Positions 1-9,977 of a stretch of DNA of 64,000 bases are shown here, one piece after another. How positions within the stretch are numbered: position 1 is the stretch's first letter; each line of letters opens with the position of its first letter. Where the stretch lies: assembly GCA_047947115.1 (NCBI GenBank), contig CP170459.1, forward strand, positions 416,001-480,000, read 5' to 3'. Both the position numbers and the translations under genes were made by a program. The DNA is from Verrucomicrobiota bacterium (GTDB taxonomy: Bacteria; Verrucomicrobiota; Verrucomicrobiia; Limisphaerales; AAA164-E04). The notes under the pieces were generated by a model, which did not search any database, was not told the DNA's origin, and saw only the letters and a program-made list of their open reading frames with translations.

Positions 1-2189
1 GAGGACAACACATCGCCGCCATCCGGCCCAAGCAGGGTCAGCTTTTGAACATCTCCCACACTCCAGGACAAGGTCACGGTTTCACCGGAAGCCGCACGCT
101 CAGGACTGGCGGAAAAGTTTTCAATCAAGCCCGGATCCGGAATGGCGACGCGTTCAAACAGCACGCGAACTTCTTCATCGGTCAATGCACGATCATAAAC
201 ATTCAACACTGCCAGTTCGCCATTGAACAAAGTCACGCCTTCGGGGACCTCGGAAGCAATACCCCCCAAAGCACCGGCCACACCAGCGCTGAAATTGGTC
301 CAGTTAAAAAGCGAGGCTCGACCGTTTGGCAGACCGAGCGCACCATTGGCGCTGGCACTACCCGATCCCCCGGCTGAACCTCTTACGAACAAATCCAAAT
401 CTCCTGAGCCCTGGTCCAGCGTGGCCACGATATGGATGAAATCGGACAACTCAATCCCGGAAAGAGGCACCTGGACATCATGCGTACGTTCTCCGTTCTG
501 ACTATTCAAAAATCGAACAAACCCCTCAGTGATCAACAATGAAGATCCATCGTCACTACTACCCGTCTCGAAGATCACTTGCGGATTGGCATCCAGCTCG
601 CCGGTACGAACCCAAGTTTCATAGGTAGTATTGCCTCCTGGAAAACTATTACCGTCCCCACCCGAAGCACCCCCGAACTGCGTCAACCGATAGGCCGAAG
701 TCAATGTGGTCGTGAAACTTGAGATGGATTGAACAACGGTGGTCTTAAGATCAAAGCTTGCCCCGGTGATCACATCAAATATGGCACCGTTCACCTGACC
801 GGGTGCCGCCGCATCAAAATTCATGATTTGTGAAGCGAGCACCGCATCAGCGGTCAAGACAAGTTCTCTTACGGTCACTCCATTTCCATTACTCGCTGTC
901 AAAGTATAAACAGTGGTCTCGTTTGGATTGACAGTGACGGTTCCTGAAGCAACCACTGAACCGACATTGGGCTCGATCGAAATGGTATTGGCTCCCGCAA
1001 CCACCCATTCCAATGTCGAGGTGTCACCAGGAACAACGGTGGCAGGGGTGGCAGAGAATGCTTCGATGATCGGCGCTTCTCCCACAACCACAGTCAGGGA
1101 GGAGCGAATACTTGCTCCGTTGTTCTCAAGCACCAATTCATAGGTGGTAGTCGAAGTTGGCGACACATTGACGCTCCCCGCGCCATTGGATGTGGCTCCC
1201 GCAACGCTGCCAACACCCGGGGTGATGGTCAGATTGTGAAACGCACCCACCTCCCATCGTAGCGTCGTCGTTTCACCCGCGGCAATGCCGGAAGGAAGTG
1301 CAGTGAAGGCATTGATGGACGGGCGACTAGCAGTGGAAACGAGCGTCAATGTGACGTCATCATCTTCACCGGAGCCGTAATCAATGTCGAAGATGTAACC
1401 CTGCTGGTTGGTAAATTGAATACCCTGTTCAAATTCTCCGACCAAGGTGTGATAACTCATGAGGGTCCATGAATCGTTCACCTGGAATTCGCCTTCCAAT
1501 GTGATCTTCAGATTTGCTCCGGGAAAGATATCCACATTCAACCCCACAGCGTTCGCGCGTGCGAGCGTTCCAACTTTGTCGCCTTCGATAACGTAAGCCA
1601 GAGTACCATCAGGTTCGATGGTTGAAATATTGTCGAGCTGATTGAACCGGTTGTTGATGCCGGTTGGGAGCATCTCAAGCGTGCCGTTAACAATTCGAAA
1701 GAATTTATAATTCAACAATTCGCCTCCAACGGTAATACGCCCGACACCCCCGTCTTCATCCCCGACCTGAACCACCATGTTGGCGCCCTGTGATCGCAAA
1801 CCTGTTCCGGGAAGAATCTCCACTCTCCCAACACCCCCAGGCCCGGCTCCAACAAAAATTCCGGCTGAACCGCCATTGGCACCACTCAGCGTGCCGCCGG
1901 TAACGATCAATGTCCCCTCGGTTTCCTGGCCAACCGTAATACGTCCCGGATTGTCAGCATTATCAACACCTATGTTGCTGGAAATCTCGGCGACACCGTT
2001 GATCACAACTGTGGCGCCATCAACCGGCACATTTCCGCCATCCCATCGCTCAGGTGTTTTCCAGTCACCCTCCCCGGTGAATGTTTGTGCATGCAGTGTG
2101 CTTATCGCCCATGCGGCTAGGCAACACAACCAGACGGTCCGACATAAAATCCGTCGTAATGAAGTTTGAAAGGATTTGATTGTATTCAT
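1..2189 (-). CDS. Large secreted/surface protein with Ig-like repeats and a LamG-like domain; 3' end lies outside the window
   Basis: Not in the ORF track because it has no stop in the window. Manual translation from ATG 2189 gives MNTIKSFQTSLRRILCRTVWLCCLAAWAISTLHAQTFTGEGDW (signal peptide). It contains repeated 'IxAFxAxP..G.T.TL.W.V' Ig-like units and LamG-like 'TYETWVR...FIHIVATLD...FNGELAVLNVYDRALTDEEV'. The frame stays open to base 1. Confidence 0.85.
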   Translation of the reverse strand, partial: MNTIKSFQTSLRRILCRTVWLCCLAAWAISTLHAQTFTGEGDWKTPERWDGGNVPVDGATVVINGVAEISSNIGVDNADNPGRITVGQETEGTLIVTGGTLSGANGGSAGIFVGAGPGGVGRVEILPGTGLRSQGANMVVQVGDEDGGVGRITVGGELLNYKFFRIVNGTLEMLPTGINNRFNQLDNISTIEPDGTLAYVIEGDKVGTLARANAVGLNVDIFPGANLKITLEGEFQVNDSWTLMSYHTLVGEFEQGIQFTNQQGYIFDIDYGSGEDDDVTLTLVSTASRPSINAFTALPSGIAAGETTTLRWEVGAFHNLTITPGVGSVAGATSNGAGSVNVSPTSTTTYELVLENNGASIRSSLTVVVGEAPIIEAFSATPATVVPGDTSTLEWVVAGANTISIEPNVGSVVASGTVTVNPNETTVYTLTASNGNGVTVRELVLTADAVLASQIMNFDAAAPGQVNGAIFDVITGASFDLKTTVVQSISSFTTTLTSAYRLTQFGGASGGDGNSFPGGNTTYETWVRTGELDANPQVIFETGSSDDGSSLLITEGFVRFLNSQNGERTHDVQVPLSGIELSDFIHIVATLDQGSGDLDLFVRGSAGGSGSASANGALGLPNGRASLFNWTNFSAGVAGALGGIASEVPEGVTLFNGELAVLNVYDRALTDEEVRVLFERVAIPDPGLIENFSASPERAASGETVTLSWSVGDVQKLTLLGPDGGDVLS

Positions 2190-2368
2190 TTTGGTGAGTT
2201 TGTTCACGGGAAGACTAGAGGGGTCTTTCATCATGTAAACCCTTTGAAAGGTCCAGAAGAGATCATTCGCGACAAGGATTAAACCTTGTCAAAATCCTGC
2301 TTTTTATACTCAATACACACGGTCCGGATATTGAATCACCTTTCAAATCATACACGAGGGAACTCGAA

Positions 2369-3121
2369 ATGCACTATCATAAAACCCATCGCAGCCACTC
2401 GGCTTTTACCCTGATCGAACTATTGGTCGTCATCGCCATCATCGCTATTCTGGCTGGCATGCTGTTGCCGGCATTGTCCAAGGCAAAAGAAAAGGCAAAA
2501 CAAATCAAATGCACTTCCAACATGCGCCAGATCGGCATCGGCACAATCATGTATGCGGACGATAACGATGGACACATGCCCCTGAGCAATATGTTTCACG
2601 ATGATCCCAATAAATTGTGGATCAGATCCGTTCTTCCTTACGTAGGAGGCAGTGAGGAGGTCAGAGCCTGCCCCAGTGACAAGAAATCACTGGAACGTAT
2701 AGAAAAAAATGGGACGAGTTACCCCATCAATGACTGGACGACCCAACCCGGTCCCATCGCAGGATTTCCCGCAGCACGTCCGCCCGACCACGCCCACATG
2801 CTCGACAAACTTCAATACCCGACCGAAACCATCATCGTATTTGAAATCGCCGAGGAGCAAGCGATGGACGTGTTGCATGACCACACCCATGGACGCGCCG
2901 GCTGGCCAACCTGGCGCGACGTCATCGATGATATTCAGCCGGACCGACACGGTGCCACAACCCGAAACAACACCAAAACGACAGGACGCGCGAATTACCT
3001 TTACGCTGATGGTCACGTGGATTCACACACCGGCCTGAGCATGTATCAACTCTTCGACAACGGCAAAGGCGTCAACTTCTCCACCCCTCCGGAACTGCGT
3101 CCTGAAAACCAACGTCCCTGA
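2369..3121 (+). CDS. Prepilin-type N-terminal cleavage/methylation domain protein (DUF1559 / H-X9-DG family)
   Basis: [41 protein letters not shown], and C-terminal [10 protein letters not shown]. Confidence 0.95.
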   Translation: MHYHKTHRSHSAFTLIELLVVIAIIAILAGMLLPALSKAKEKAKQIKCTSNMRQIGIGTIMYADDNDGHMPLSNMFHDDPNKLWIRSVLPYVGGSEEVRACPSDKKSLERIEKNGTSYPINDWTTQPGPIAGFPAARPPDHAHMLDKLQYPTETIIVFEIAEEQAMDVLHDHTHGRAGWPTWRDVIDDIQPDRHGATTRNNTKTTGRANYLYADGHVDSHTGLSMYQLFDNGKGVNFSTPPELRPENQRP

Positions 3122-3147
3122 ATGCAGCCAGGAGCATCCGATTTGAT

Positions 3148-5322
3148 ATGGATGGATTGGTAAAACGTGGGGTAACTCTTGCGGTCATGCGTGTATCGTT
3201 GATTTGCTGGATCGTCTTGATTCTCCAGCAACCCTTTCACATCCTGGCCGGACACGATCTCATGGTGCATCTGGCCATCTACAATGATGGTCCTTTTGAA
3301 ACCGAACAAGTCCCGGCCGTTTTTGGTGTCCCGCTGCCATCCTCCGATGATCCTGTTGAGCCAAAGGATTTGATCCTTGTTGGCGCCGACACCTGGCAGA
3401 TCAAACCACTCAGCCATTGGCCCAATGGTTCCATCCGCTGGATGCTAGTCGAAGCCATCGTCAACGTCCAACCCAACCAGGATCGGGCGGCCTTTCATCT
3501 GACCACCGGCCAAGCTCCGGAAGAGCAGCCATTGATCGGGGCGGAGATCCCGAATGGATTCGTCCTGGATACAGGAAAATGTCGGATTCGCATCAGTGGA
3601 AGAGAGGAAGATGACGTCGTTTGCCAAATCAACCCGCCAAAAGACGCTACAAGGTCCTTTAGGGTCATCCACCTGACACAAGACGAAAACGAATTGGGTG
3701 AATTGCAGAAAAGAACTCTTTTATTGGAAAACAACGGTCCTGTAACAGCAACAATAACTCTGGTTGAAACCTACGATTATGCCGGATCGAAACTCACATA
3801 CACAAGGCGTTGTCGGGCCTATAAAAATCAGGATGGGTTTACAATTGAGTCTACCCTGTTGCGTCAACCGTGGGGACAAAAAACCATTCCACTACCGTTT
3901 CCATCATTGAAAACGACAACAAGTGAAGAAGGTCTCCTTCAGATAAGGACACAAGGCGAACCTCAACCATCCACACAGGAAGCATCCCAGATGGCACCTG
4001 GCTCCATGAGAAGAATGTGGCATACCATCAACCTTCCCACTGCTGAGGAAACAACCTCTCCGACCTTGCGCCCTTATCTTGGCAGAGCCATTTCCATCAA
4101 CACTTACAACGATGCACACTGCACTGAAGCATATGTCACCTCAGGCACGGCAAATGCATCTCTGAATCTGCAGGAGATTTCGTTTTCCAGGTCCAAGGCT
4201 GCTCAATTCATTCGCGATATCATGGGCGGCAAACTACTTCCCACACCATCGAACTATCAATCACTCACCGAGTGGATGCAGAACTGGACTCCCGAAATCG
4301 AGACCGGACAACTCAATGGAACACCCGCTGCGGAAGATTCGATGGATTCAATGGAATATGATGATGCCTGGAGAATCCCAAGCCTATGGTATTTCATGAC
4401 TGGGGAATCCATTTTCAAGGACCTCCGCATGAATGACGCAAGACATCAAACAGAGGTGCAATTTGACCTAAGACAGTATCATCGATTATGGGATGCCTAC
4501 CTACTAACTGATTCGTTGGAACTTAGGGATTCCATTGCGGACAAGGTCTCAAATTGGATTAATAATGTCAGCGATTTGGAAGCTATCCGAAAGAACAGGC
4601 ACTTGTTCCGAATGGTTTCAAACCTGATTCATCAAGGGGGATTTGAACAACAAGAACACGACGTCTGGCTGGATCAGATAGAATCCCTTGTCCACCACGA
4701 CCGGAATCCTCATCGTGAACTGAATGACATTTTGTTTGCAGAAGGCTATCGACTCACAGGCGACAGAAAGTTTTTGAAAGAAGGTCAACAGTGGCTTGAG
4801 AAATCCTATGGAGAATCGACCATAAGCGATACTATCACTGGACTGGTCCAGGACATCCAACGACAACATGTCTGGCGTTGGATAGAACTTACCATGAAGG
4901 ACCACGGAGAAGATGGATGGGAACTCTCCTGGAAAGCCCCCAAGAACGCCGTCCGCTATCGCTTCAAGCAATCTGACAGCGAAATTACAAATCTCCCAGA
5001 CACAAATGGTTCTCCCCAAGCAATCCCCTTCCATGCTGCCGAAAATCTGGCATTGGATATCTCACCGGCAGCACCGGGAATCCTACAGACCGTCCTGGTA
5101 AAAAAAGACATAACAGCTGACAACACACATTTCGCAATGCGATACTTGGAACGCGGACCGGACCTCCCGGCTCTCAAAACATCGCCGACAAACGAGGGGC
5201 ACCATCCCGCCAGCTCAACACCCGTCCCGCTTACACCAAAAACGTATGCGGACTTCATGATGATCGGCCTGCTTGTTTTGGGCTTGGGCATCGCGTTCAT
5301 CGTCTGGAAGAAATTTATATGA
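3148..5322 (+). CDS. Hypothetical exported protein with a PcRGLX/YetA-like N-terminal barrel and a C-terminal membrane anchor
   Basis: 724-aa ORF with a hydrophobic N-terminus, 'FGVPLP...WPNGSIRWMLVE' motif and C-terminal TM helix followed by KK. It overlaps the next gene (ATGA). Confidence 0.7.
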   Translation: MDGLVKRGVTLAVMRVSLICWIVLILQQPFHILAGHDLMVHLAIYNDGPFETEQVPAVFGVPLPSSDDPVEPKDLILVGADTWQIKPLSHWPNGSIRWMLVEAIVNVQPNQDRAAFHLTTGQAPEEQPLIGAEIPNGFVLDTGKCRIRISGREEDDVVCQINPPKDATRSFRVIHLTQDENELGELQKRTLLLENNGPVTATITLVETYDYAGSKLTYTRRCRAYKNQDGFTIESTLLRQPWGQKTIPLPFPSLKTTTSEEGLLQIRTQGEPQPSTQEASQMAPGSMRRMWHTINLPTAEETTSPTLRPYLGRAISINTYNDAHCTEAYVTSGTANASLNLQEISFSRSKAAQFIRDIMGGKLLPTPSNYQSLTEWMQNWTPEIETGQLNGTPAAEDSMDSMEYDDAWRIPSLWYFMTGESIFKDLRMNDARHQTEVQFDLRQYHRLWDAYLLTDSLELRDSIADKVSNWINNVSDLEAIRKNRHLFRMVSNLIHQGGFEQQEHDVWLDQIESLVHHDRNPHRELNDILFAEGYRLTGDRKFLKEGQQWLEKSYGESTISDTITGLVQDIQRQHVWRWIELTMKDHGEDGWELSWKAPKNAVRYRFKQSDSEITNLPDTNGSPQAIPFHAAENLALDISPAAPGILQTVLVKKDITADNTHFAMRYLERGPDLPALKTSPTNEGHHPASSTPVPLTPKTYADFMMIGLLVLGLGIAFIVWKKFI

Positions 5323-5735
5323 AATGGATTCAAATCATGATCATTGCAATCACCGCAGCGATGGTTTCGGGGTGCGACAGCGGCCATGACGTCATCGAAA
5401 AACTGCCCACCACCGTTGCCACTGCCAGCGGGGATTTTACCATCGATTATACATTTACACCCTACCCCATTCCGAAGAACCAACACTTCTCCGTGCAAGT
5501 GGTTGTGACCCGCAAAGACGGTACCGACCTACCGGAGGACTTTACCATTCAGGTGGACGCCGACATGCCCGCCCATGGCCATGGAATCAATACCGCACCT
5601 GAAATCAAAAAACTACCTTCCGGAACGTATCAGGTGGATGGATTATTGTTTCACATGGGAGGACAATGGGAACTCTACATCGATGTCATGGAAGGAGGCA
5701 TCCCGGACAGGGCAACCATACCCATCCAAATGTAA
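5319..5735 (+). CDS. YtkA/FixH-like lipoprotein
   Basis: Lipobox VSGC, ADMPAHGHG motif and LLFHMGGQW. Confidence 0.85.
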   Translation: MKWIQIMIIAITAAMVSGCDSGHDVIEKLPTTVATASGDFTIDYTFTPYPIPKNQHFSVQVVVTRKDGTDLPEDFTIQVDADMPAHGHGINTAPEIKKLPSGTYQVDGLLFHMGGQWELYIDVMEGGIPDRATIPIQM

Positions 5736-5740
5736 AAGTC

Positions 5741-7048
5741 ATGAAAGCGGTTCCTTTCTATTTGAGCGCTCTCCTGCTTTGGACAGCTTCCTGCGGGAAA
5801 GTCCGCCACACCGAAACATCCCTGGGCGCAGAACCCATCGCCATTCGGAGCATCACGATTCCGGCCACCAATGTTGTGGAAATACTGAAACTGTCCCCGC
5901 TTCCCGAGCTACCGCCGAACCCAACCAATCAATACGCCGACAACAAAGATGCCGCATTACTCGGCCAACACCTCTTTTTTGATTCCCGGTTATCCGCCAA
6001 CGGAGAGGTCTCCTGCGCAACCTGTCATCAGGCCGAGACGGATTGGACGGACCAAAAGCCTGTTTCCGAAGGATTGGAAACCGTTTCCCGAAACGCTCCG
6101 ACTCTTTGGAACGTAGCCTACCAACGCTGGTACTTTTGGGATGGACGCAAGGATACATTATGGTCACAAGCGCTGGGTCCCATGGAACACCCCAAGGAAA
6201 TGGGGGGCAGCCGACTGCGATCTTTCCTGTTGATCCAATCGACAGAAGTTTACCGAAGCCTCTATGACAAAGCTTTTGGCCCCCTACCCCTGTTGACATC
6301 CACTCCAGATTCCAAAGACGCACGCCCGGTAGCGGAGGATCCCTACGATCCAATGCAGCAGGACTGGCAAACACTCAAAGAATCGGATCAGGAGGCGCTG
6401 AACCTGGTCTTCAGCCAGATTGGCAAATCCATGGAAGCCTACCAGCGACAGATCATTTCCACCGATGCCCCCTTTGATCGATTTGTTGATGCCTTACGTA
6501 ACGACAGGAAAGAAGCCGGGAAACATTTATCCGATGCCGCCATTCGGGGCATGGTCTTGTTCACTGGACGGGGACAATGTATCCTCTGCCATATCGATTC
6601 CAATTTTACGGACAACGAATTCCACAACATCGGGCTGGATCGGGGAAGTCGGCCACTGGACCAGGGGAGGTATCCAGCCATCCAACAAGTCAAAACCGAC
6701 CCTTTCAACGGACAAGGTGCCTATAGTGACGACACCACGCTTGAGGCTAATCAAGCGCTTCATTACGTCGCCCCCAAAGACAACAATCTAGGCGAATTCA
6801 AAACCCCGACATTGAGGAACATTGCAAAAACCGCACCGTACATGCACGACGGGCGATTCAAGACTTTAAGGGAAGTATTGGAATTCTACTCCACCTTACC
6901 CGACACACCAGCCATCGGACATCGTGAAGAATCCCTGCAAGCTTTGAACCTCACCGAACAAGAACTCAATGATCTGGAAGCCTTCCTCACCTCACTGACT
7001 GGAGCCCCATTGAACGAACGATTGTTAAAAGCACCAGAAAACCCATGA
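5741..7048 (+). CDS. Di-heme cytochrome c peroxidase, MauG/MbnH superfamily (lipoprotein)
   Basis: LFFDSRLS..SCATCH, NAPTLWN..FWDGR, CILCH, FKTPTLRNIAKTAPYMHDG. Start moved to ATG 5741, which gives a lipobox TASC and lies 5 nt after the previous stop. Confidence 0.92.
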   Translation: MKAVPFYLSALLLWTASCGKVRHTETSLGAEPIAIRSITIPATNVVEILKLSPLPELPPNPTNQYADNKDAALLGQHLFFDSRLSANGEVSCATCHQAETDWTDQKPVSEGLETVSRNAPTLWNVAYQRWYFWDGRKDTLWSQALGPMEHPKEMGGSRLRSFLLIQSTEVYRSLYDKAFGPLPLLTSTPDSKDARPVAEDPYDPMQQDWQTLKESDQEALNLVFSQIGKSMEAYQRQIISTDAPFDRFVDALRNDRKEAGKHLSDAAIRGMVLFTGRGQCILCHIDSNFTDNEFHNIGLDRGSRPLDQGRYPAIQQVKTDPFNGQGAYSDDTTLEANQALHYVAPKDNNLGEFKTPTLRNIAKTAPYMHDGRFKTLREVLEFYSTLPDTPAIGHREESLQALNLTEQELNDLEAFLTSLTGAPLNERLLKAPENP

Positions 7049-7089
7049 AGCCATTCCGGACTGCGTGCGTGCAGTGCCGCTCTGAACGA

Positions 7090-8349
7090 TCATCTGCTTT
7101 TCCCAATACAAAACAGCATTTTGTCAGCACGAATGAGCAACTGATCCCCCATGATGGTCGGACTCGCGTTATAAACGCCCGCACTCCGCGGCAGTCGATT
7201 GCGTGCCAGGATTTCAAATCGAGGTTCTGCAGGAAGGATCACACATTCACCACTGCGCGAAAGATAGTAGATACGACCATCAGTAAGAATGGGCGAAGAA
7301 TAAATTTGGCCGGGTGATGGTTGAATACGCTCTTCATAAACGATTTCTCCCGTTGTAGCATTGATGCAGCAGGCAATAGCAAGGTTTTCGTGGATGAAAT
7401 AAAGGTACCCAGCATGGTATAGGGGAGTCGGCACATTGGTTCCCTTTTCCAAACGCCATAACAATTGCGATCCGGTCACATCTCCCCGACCACCTGCACG
7501 AACTGCCAAGCCACCCCCAGAACGCCCACCAATGGCATAAACCACATCGTCGTGGAACAACATCCCCGGACACATATACCAATTGATCTTGGTATCACAT
7601 TCCCAAAGGATTTTTCCATTTTCAGGATCCACTCCGAGCACCTTTCGAAACATCGCCAAAATGATTTCGGTGGAGCCATTCTTTAATGTGGCCACTACCG
7701 GTGTATTCCATGATTCCTTGATTTCCCCTGTTCTCCAAAGCTCTTTACCCGTCTTGCCATCCAATGCCACAAGTGATTCACTCTCAACACTTGCATTGAT
7801 GATCACTTTTCCATTGTACAGCACCGGAGAAGCGGCCGACCCCCATCCACTGAGATTGGAACCTACCTTGGTTCTCCACACTTCTTTACCATCATGAGTC
7901 AGAGCCATTACTCCGGTTTTGCCCAGGAAAACATAGACATGTTGATCATCAACAACAGGTGAATTGGTGGCGTAACCGTGATTTTCACGAATGTTATCCT
8001 GCTCTGGTAAATCCGCTGGAACGTTAACTCGCCAAAGTTCACGTCCATTCTCCCTATGCAAACACAAAATATGCCGATTTAGATGATTGGCACTATTCCT
8101 TCCCTGACGCGTAAAACAGGTCAGAAAAATACGCCCCCCCCAGACCACTGGACTGGAAGCCCCTTCGCCCGGAAGGTCTATCTTCCAATCAATGTTTTCA
8201 GATTCGCTAAAGTTGATTGGAATTTTAGCCTCTGAAGCAAAACCTGAGCCCTTAGGACCTCGAAATCGAGTCCAGTCGCCCTCGGATGCGTGTGATGGAT
8301 TCACTAAAGCTAGATTGATTAGTAGAATCAGAAGTATGCATTTCATCAT
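7090..8349 (-). CDS. PQQ-like beta-propeller repeat protein (BamB-like)
   Basis: Signal peptide, WTRFRGP, WKIDLPGEGASSPVVWG and repeated G..LW blades. Confidence 0.9.
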   Translation of the reverse strand: MMKCILLILLINLALVNPSHASEGDWTRFRGPKGSGFASEAKIPINFSESENIDWKIDLPGEGASSPVVWGGRIFLTCFTRQGRNSANHLNRHILCLHRENGRELWRVNVPADLPEQDNIRENHGYATNSPVVDDQHVYVFLGKTGVMALTHDGKEVWRTKVGSNLSGWGSAASPVLYNGKVIINASVESESLVALDGKTGKELWRTGEIKESWNTPVVATLKNGSTEIILAMFRKVLGVDPENGKILWECDTKINWYMCPGMLFHDDVVYAIGGRSGGGLAVRAGGRGDVTGSQLLWRLEKGTNVPTPLYHAGYLYFIHENLAIACCINATTGEIVYEERIQPSPGQIYSSPILTDGRIYYLSRSGECVILPAEPRFEILARNRLPRSAGVYNASPTIMGDQLLIRADKMLFCIGKSR

Positions 8350-8418
8350 AGATTAAATGAAATTGAGATTTCGAGGATTGTGTCCAAATTTCGTCAATTT
8401 CCCAATTATAACAGGAAA

Positions 8419-8452
8419 CAAAAAAAGCCGCCCTCAGATTGAGGACGGCTTG
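8419..8452 (-). terminator. Intrinsic terminator of the two-gene surface-protein operon
   Basis: Minus strand reads AAGCCGTCCTCA-ATC-TGAGGGCGGCTT followed by a U run, 20 nt after the stop. Confidence 0.85.
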
Positions 8453-8472
8453 ATGAGAACATTAAAGTTCGA

Positions 8473-8937
8473 TTACTTGCGACGACGGAACATCAGAGCA
8501 GCGCCACCGAGAACAGCCAGAGCGATCGTGGAAGGCTCGGGTACTGCAGGTGTGCCGGAAATGTCCAGTGCGACCCCGTTAGGCAATGCTGCTGCAGGGG
8601 AAGGAGGTGTTCCAGCCCCACCAAGAGTAACGCTGAATGCGTCAGAGTAGGACCAGTTGCCATCACCGGTGTGACCAGCAAGCTTCAGGGAAACATCACC
8701 AGTAAGACCAGCGAGAGTCTGAGTTCCAGCTGAGAAGAAACCTCCACCCAGTACCGTTCCTGTGTTACCAACAAGAGCATTGTCTGCAGTGGCAAATGAA
8801 ACAACAGTACCAGCAGGAGCTGGAGCACCGTCAACGGTAACAGGAGTCTTCAGAATGTTGGACAATGCGATTGTCCCCTGACCATATGCGCTGATGGAAA
8901 CCAAAGCGCAGAGTACGGATAGTACGAACTTTTTCAT
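8473..8937 (-). CDS. PEP-CTERM sorting-domain protein
   Basis: Signal peptide and C-terminal VPEPSTIALAVLGGAALMFRRRK. Confidence 0.95.
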   Translation of the reverse strand: MKKFVLSVLCALVSISAYGQGTIALSNILKTPVTVDGAPAPAGTVVSFATADNALVGNTGTVLGGGFFSAGTQTLAGLTGDVSLKLAGHTGDGNWSYSDAFSVTLGGAGTPPSPAAALPNGVALDISGTPAVPEPSTIALAVLGGAALMFRRRK

Positions 8938-8979
8938 AGCTATGTTATTATCGATAGTATTTGTTTAGGTTTTAACTAA

Positions 8980-9618
8980 TTAGTTAATGGAGAAATTACG
9001 ATCCCAAGCAGCTGCTTCGCCTTTGTCAACGAACACTGCGTCAGCAACACCCAACATAGGGGTAGCGGGCTGCCAACCTTCCAAAACTCCAGGAATAACT
9101 ACGAACTGATTGGAATCCCAACCAGAACCGTTCCAAGAGTATACAGTGTCACCGTTTCCAGCAGGGAAACCGTGTTCAGCCAAGTCGCCGGCAACAGGAA
9201 CAGTAGAACCTTGGATGCTCAATCCAGCAGGTACTGTTTTGTTGCTTGCGTCACCCTGAAGCACTTCACCCACAAATGTGATGGTGGTTGCCTCAGCAGC
9301 GTCGATGAAAAATCCGTCACCAACAGGGAGGTTGATTTCTGGCTGCCATCCGGAGAGGACACCAGGGATCACAACGAACTGAGCGGAATCATATCCAGCA
9401 CCGTTCCATGCGTAAACAGTAGACCCATTAGGTGCAGAAGGAATCACTTCACCGATGGAGTTACCACCATTGCTGAGGGGATTAGCGATCAAGTTCAAGC
9501 CTTGTGCCAAATCCTTGTTAACGTAACCAACAGCGTTCACTGAGGTCACCTGCGCTGAAGCAGAAGCCAATCCTGCCACACCCAGCACAGCCGCGATAAG
9601 TAGTGTTTTTGTTCTCAT
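8980..9618 (-). CDS. Secreted hypothetical protein ('SVNAVGYVN' type) with an internal duplication
   Basis: Start MRTKTLLIAAVLGVAGLASASAQ (signal peptide). Two copies: G.TVY.WNG.G.DS.QFVVIPGVL.GWQP. Confidence 0.85.
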   Translation of the reverse strand: MRTKTLLIAAVLGVAGLASASAQVTSVNAVGYVNKDLAQGLNLIANPLSNGGNSIGEVIPSAPNGSTVYAWNGAGYDSAQFVVIPGVLSGWQPEINLPVGDGFFIDAAEATTITFVGEVLQGDASNKTVPAGLSIQGSTVPVAGDLAEHGFPAGNGDTVYSWNGSGWDSNQFVVIPGVLEGWQPATPMLGVADAVFVDKGEAAAWDRNFSIN

Positions 9619-9977
9619 TGCTTTTATTGTCGTTACCGTGTGTGCCGATAACTTCCGAAATTTAGAGATTATTGTCAATGCTTTTTTTCCCTATTCACAG
9701 AAACCTCAAAAGATGCCTGCAATCACCGCATACAAACTACTCAACATCACGGGACCTGTCAAATTTCATGTTGCTTTGTATGTTCACCTTATGCCCCACC
9801 CACATCACGAAAAACATAACCAAATGCACATAAGCAAGATGGAAACCGCATAGCAAATCCAGCGCTGCCTGCACACTCCTTTTTCCCCAAACTTCCCAAT
9901 GGCTCGGTCTACGAAAAAAGCCGTTTTGATGAGGAATTCAGCTTGCCTGCCGATCCAACAAGTCATGATGATTCCTC

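Noticed and set aside
45..2169. Short plus-strand ORFs in the first 2.2 kb
   Set aside because: They are shadows of the long minus-strand gene that starts at 2189 and runs off the window.
5666..5740. Longer N-termini given by the ORF track (also 33267, 47089, 55909, 57547, 9678)
   Set aside because: The extensions overlap neighbouring genes or promoters and precede clear signal peptides or family start motifs.
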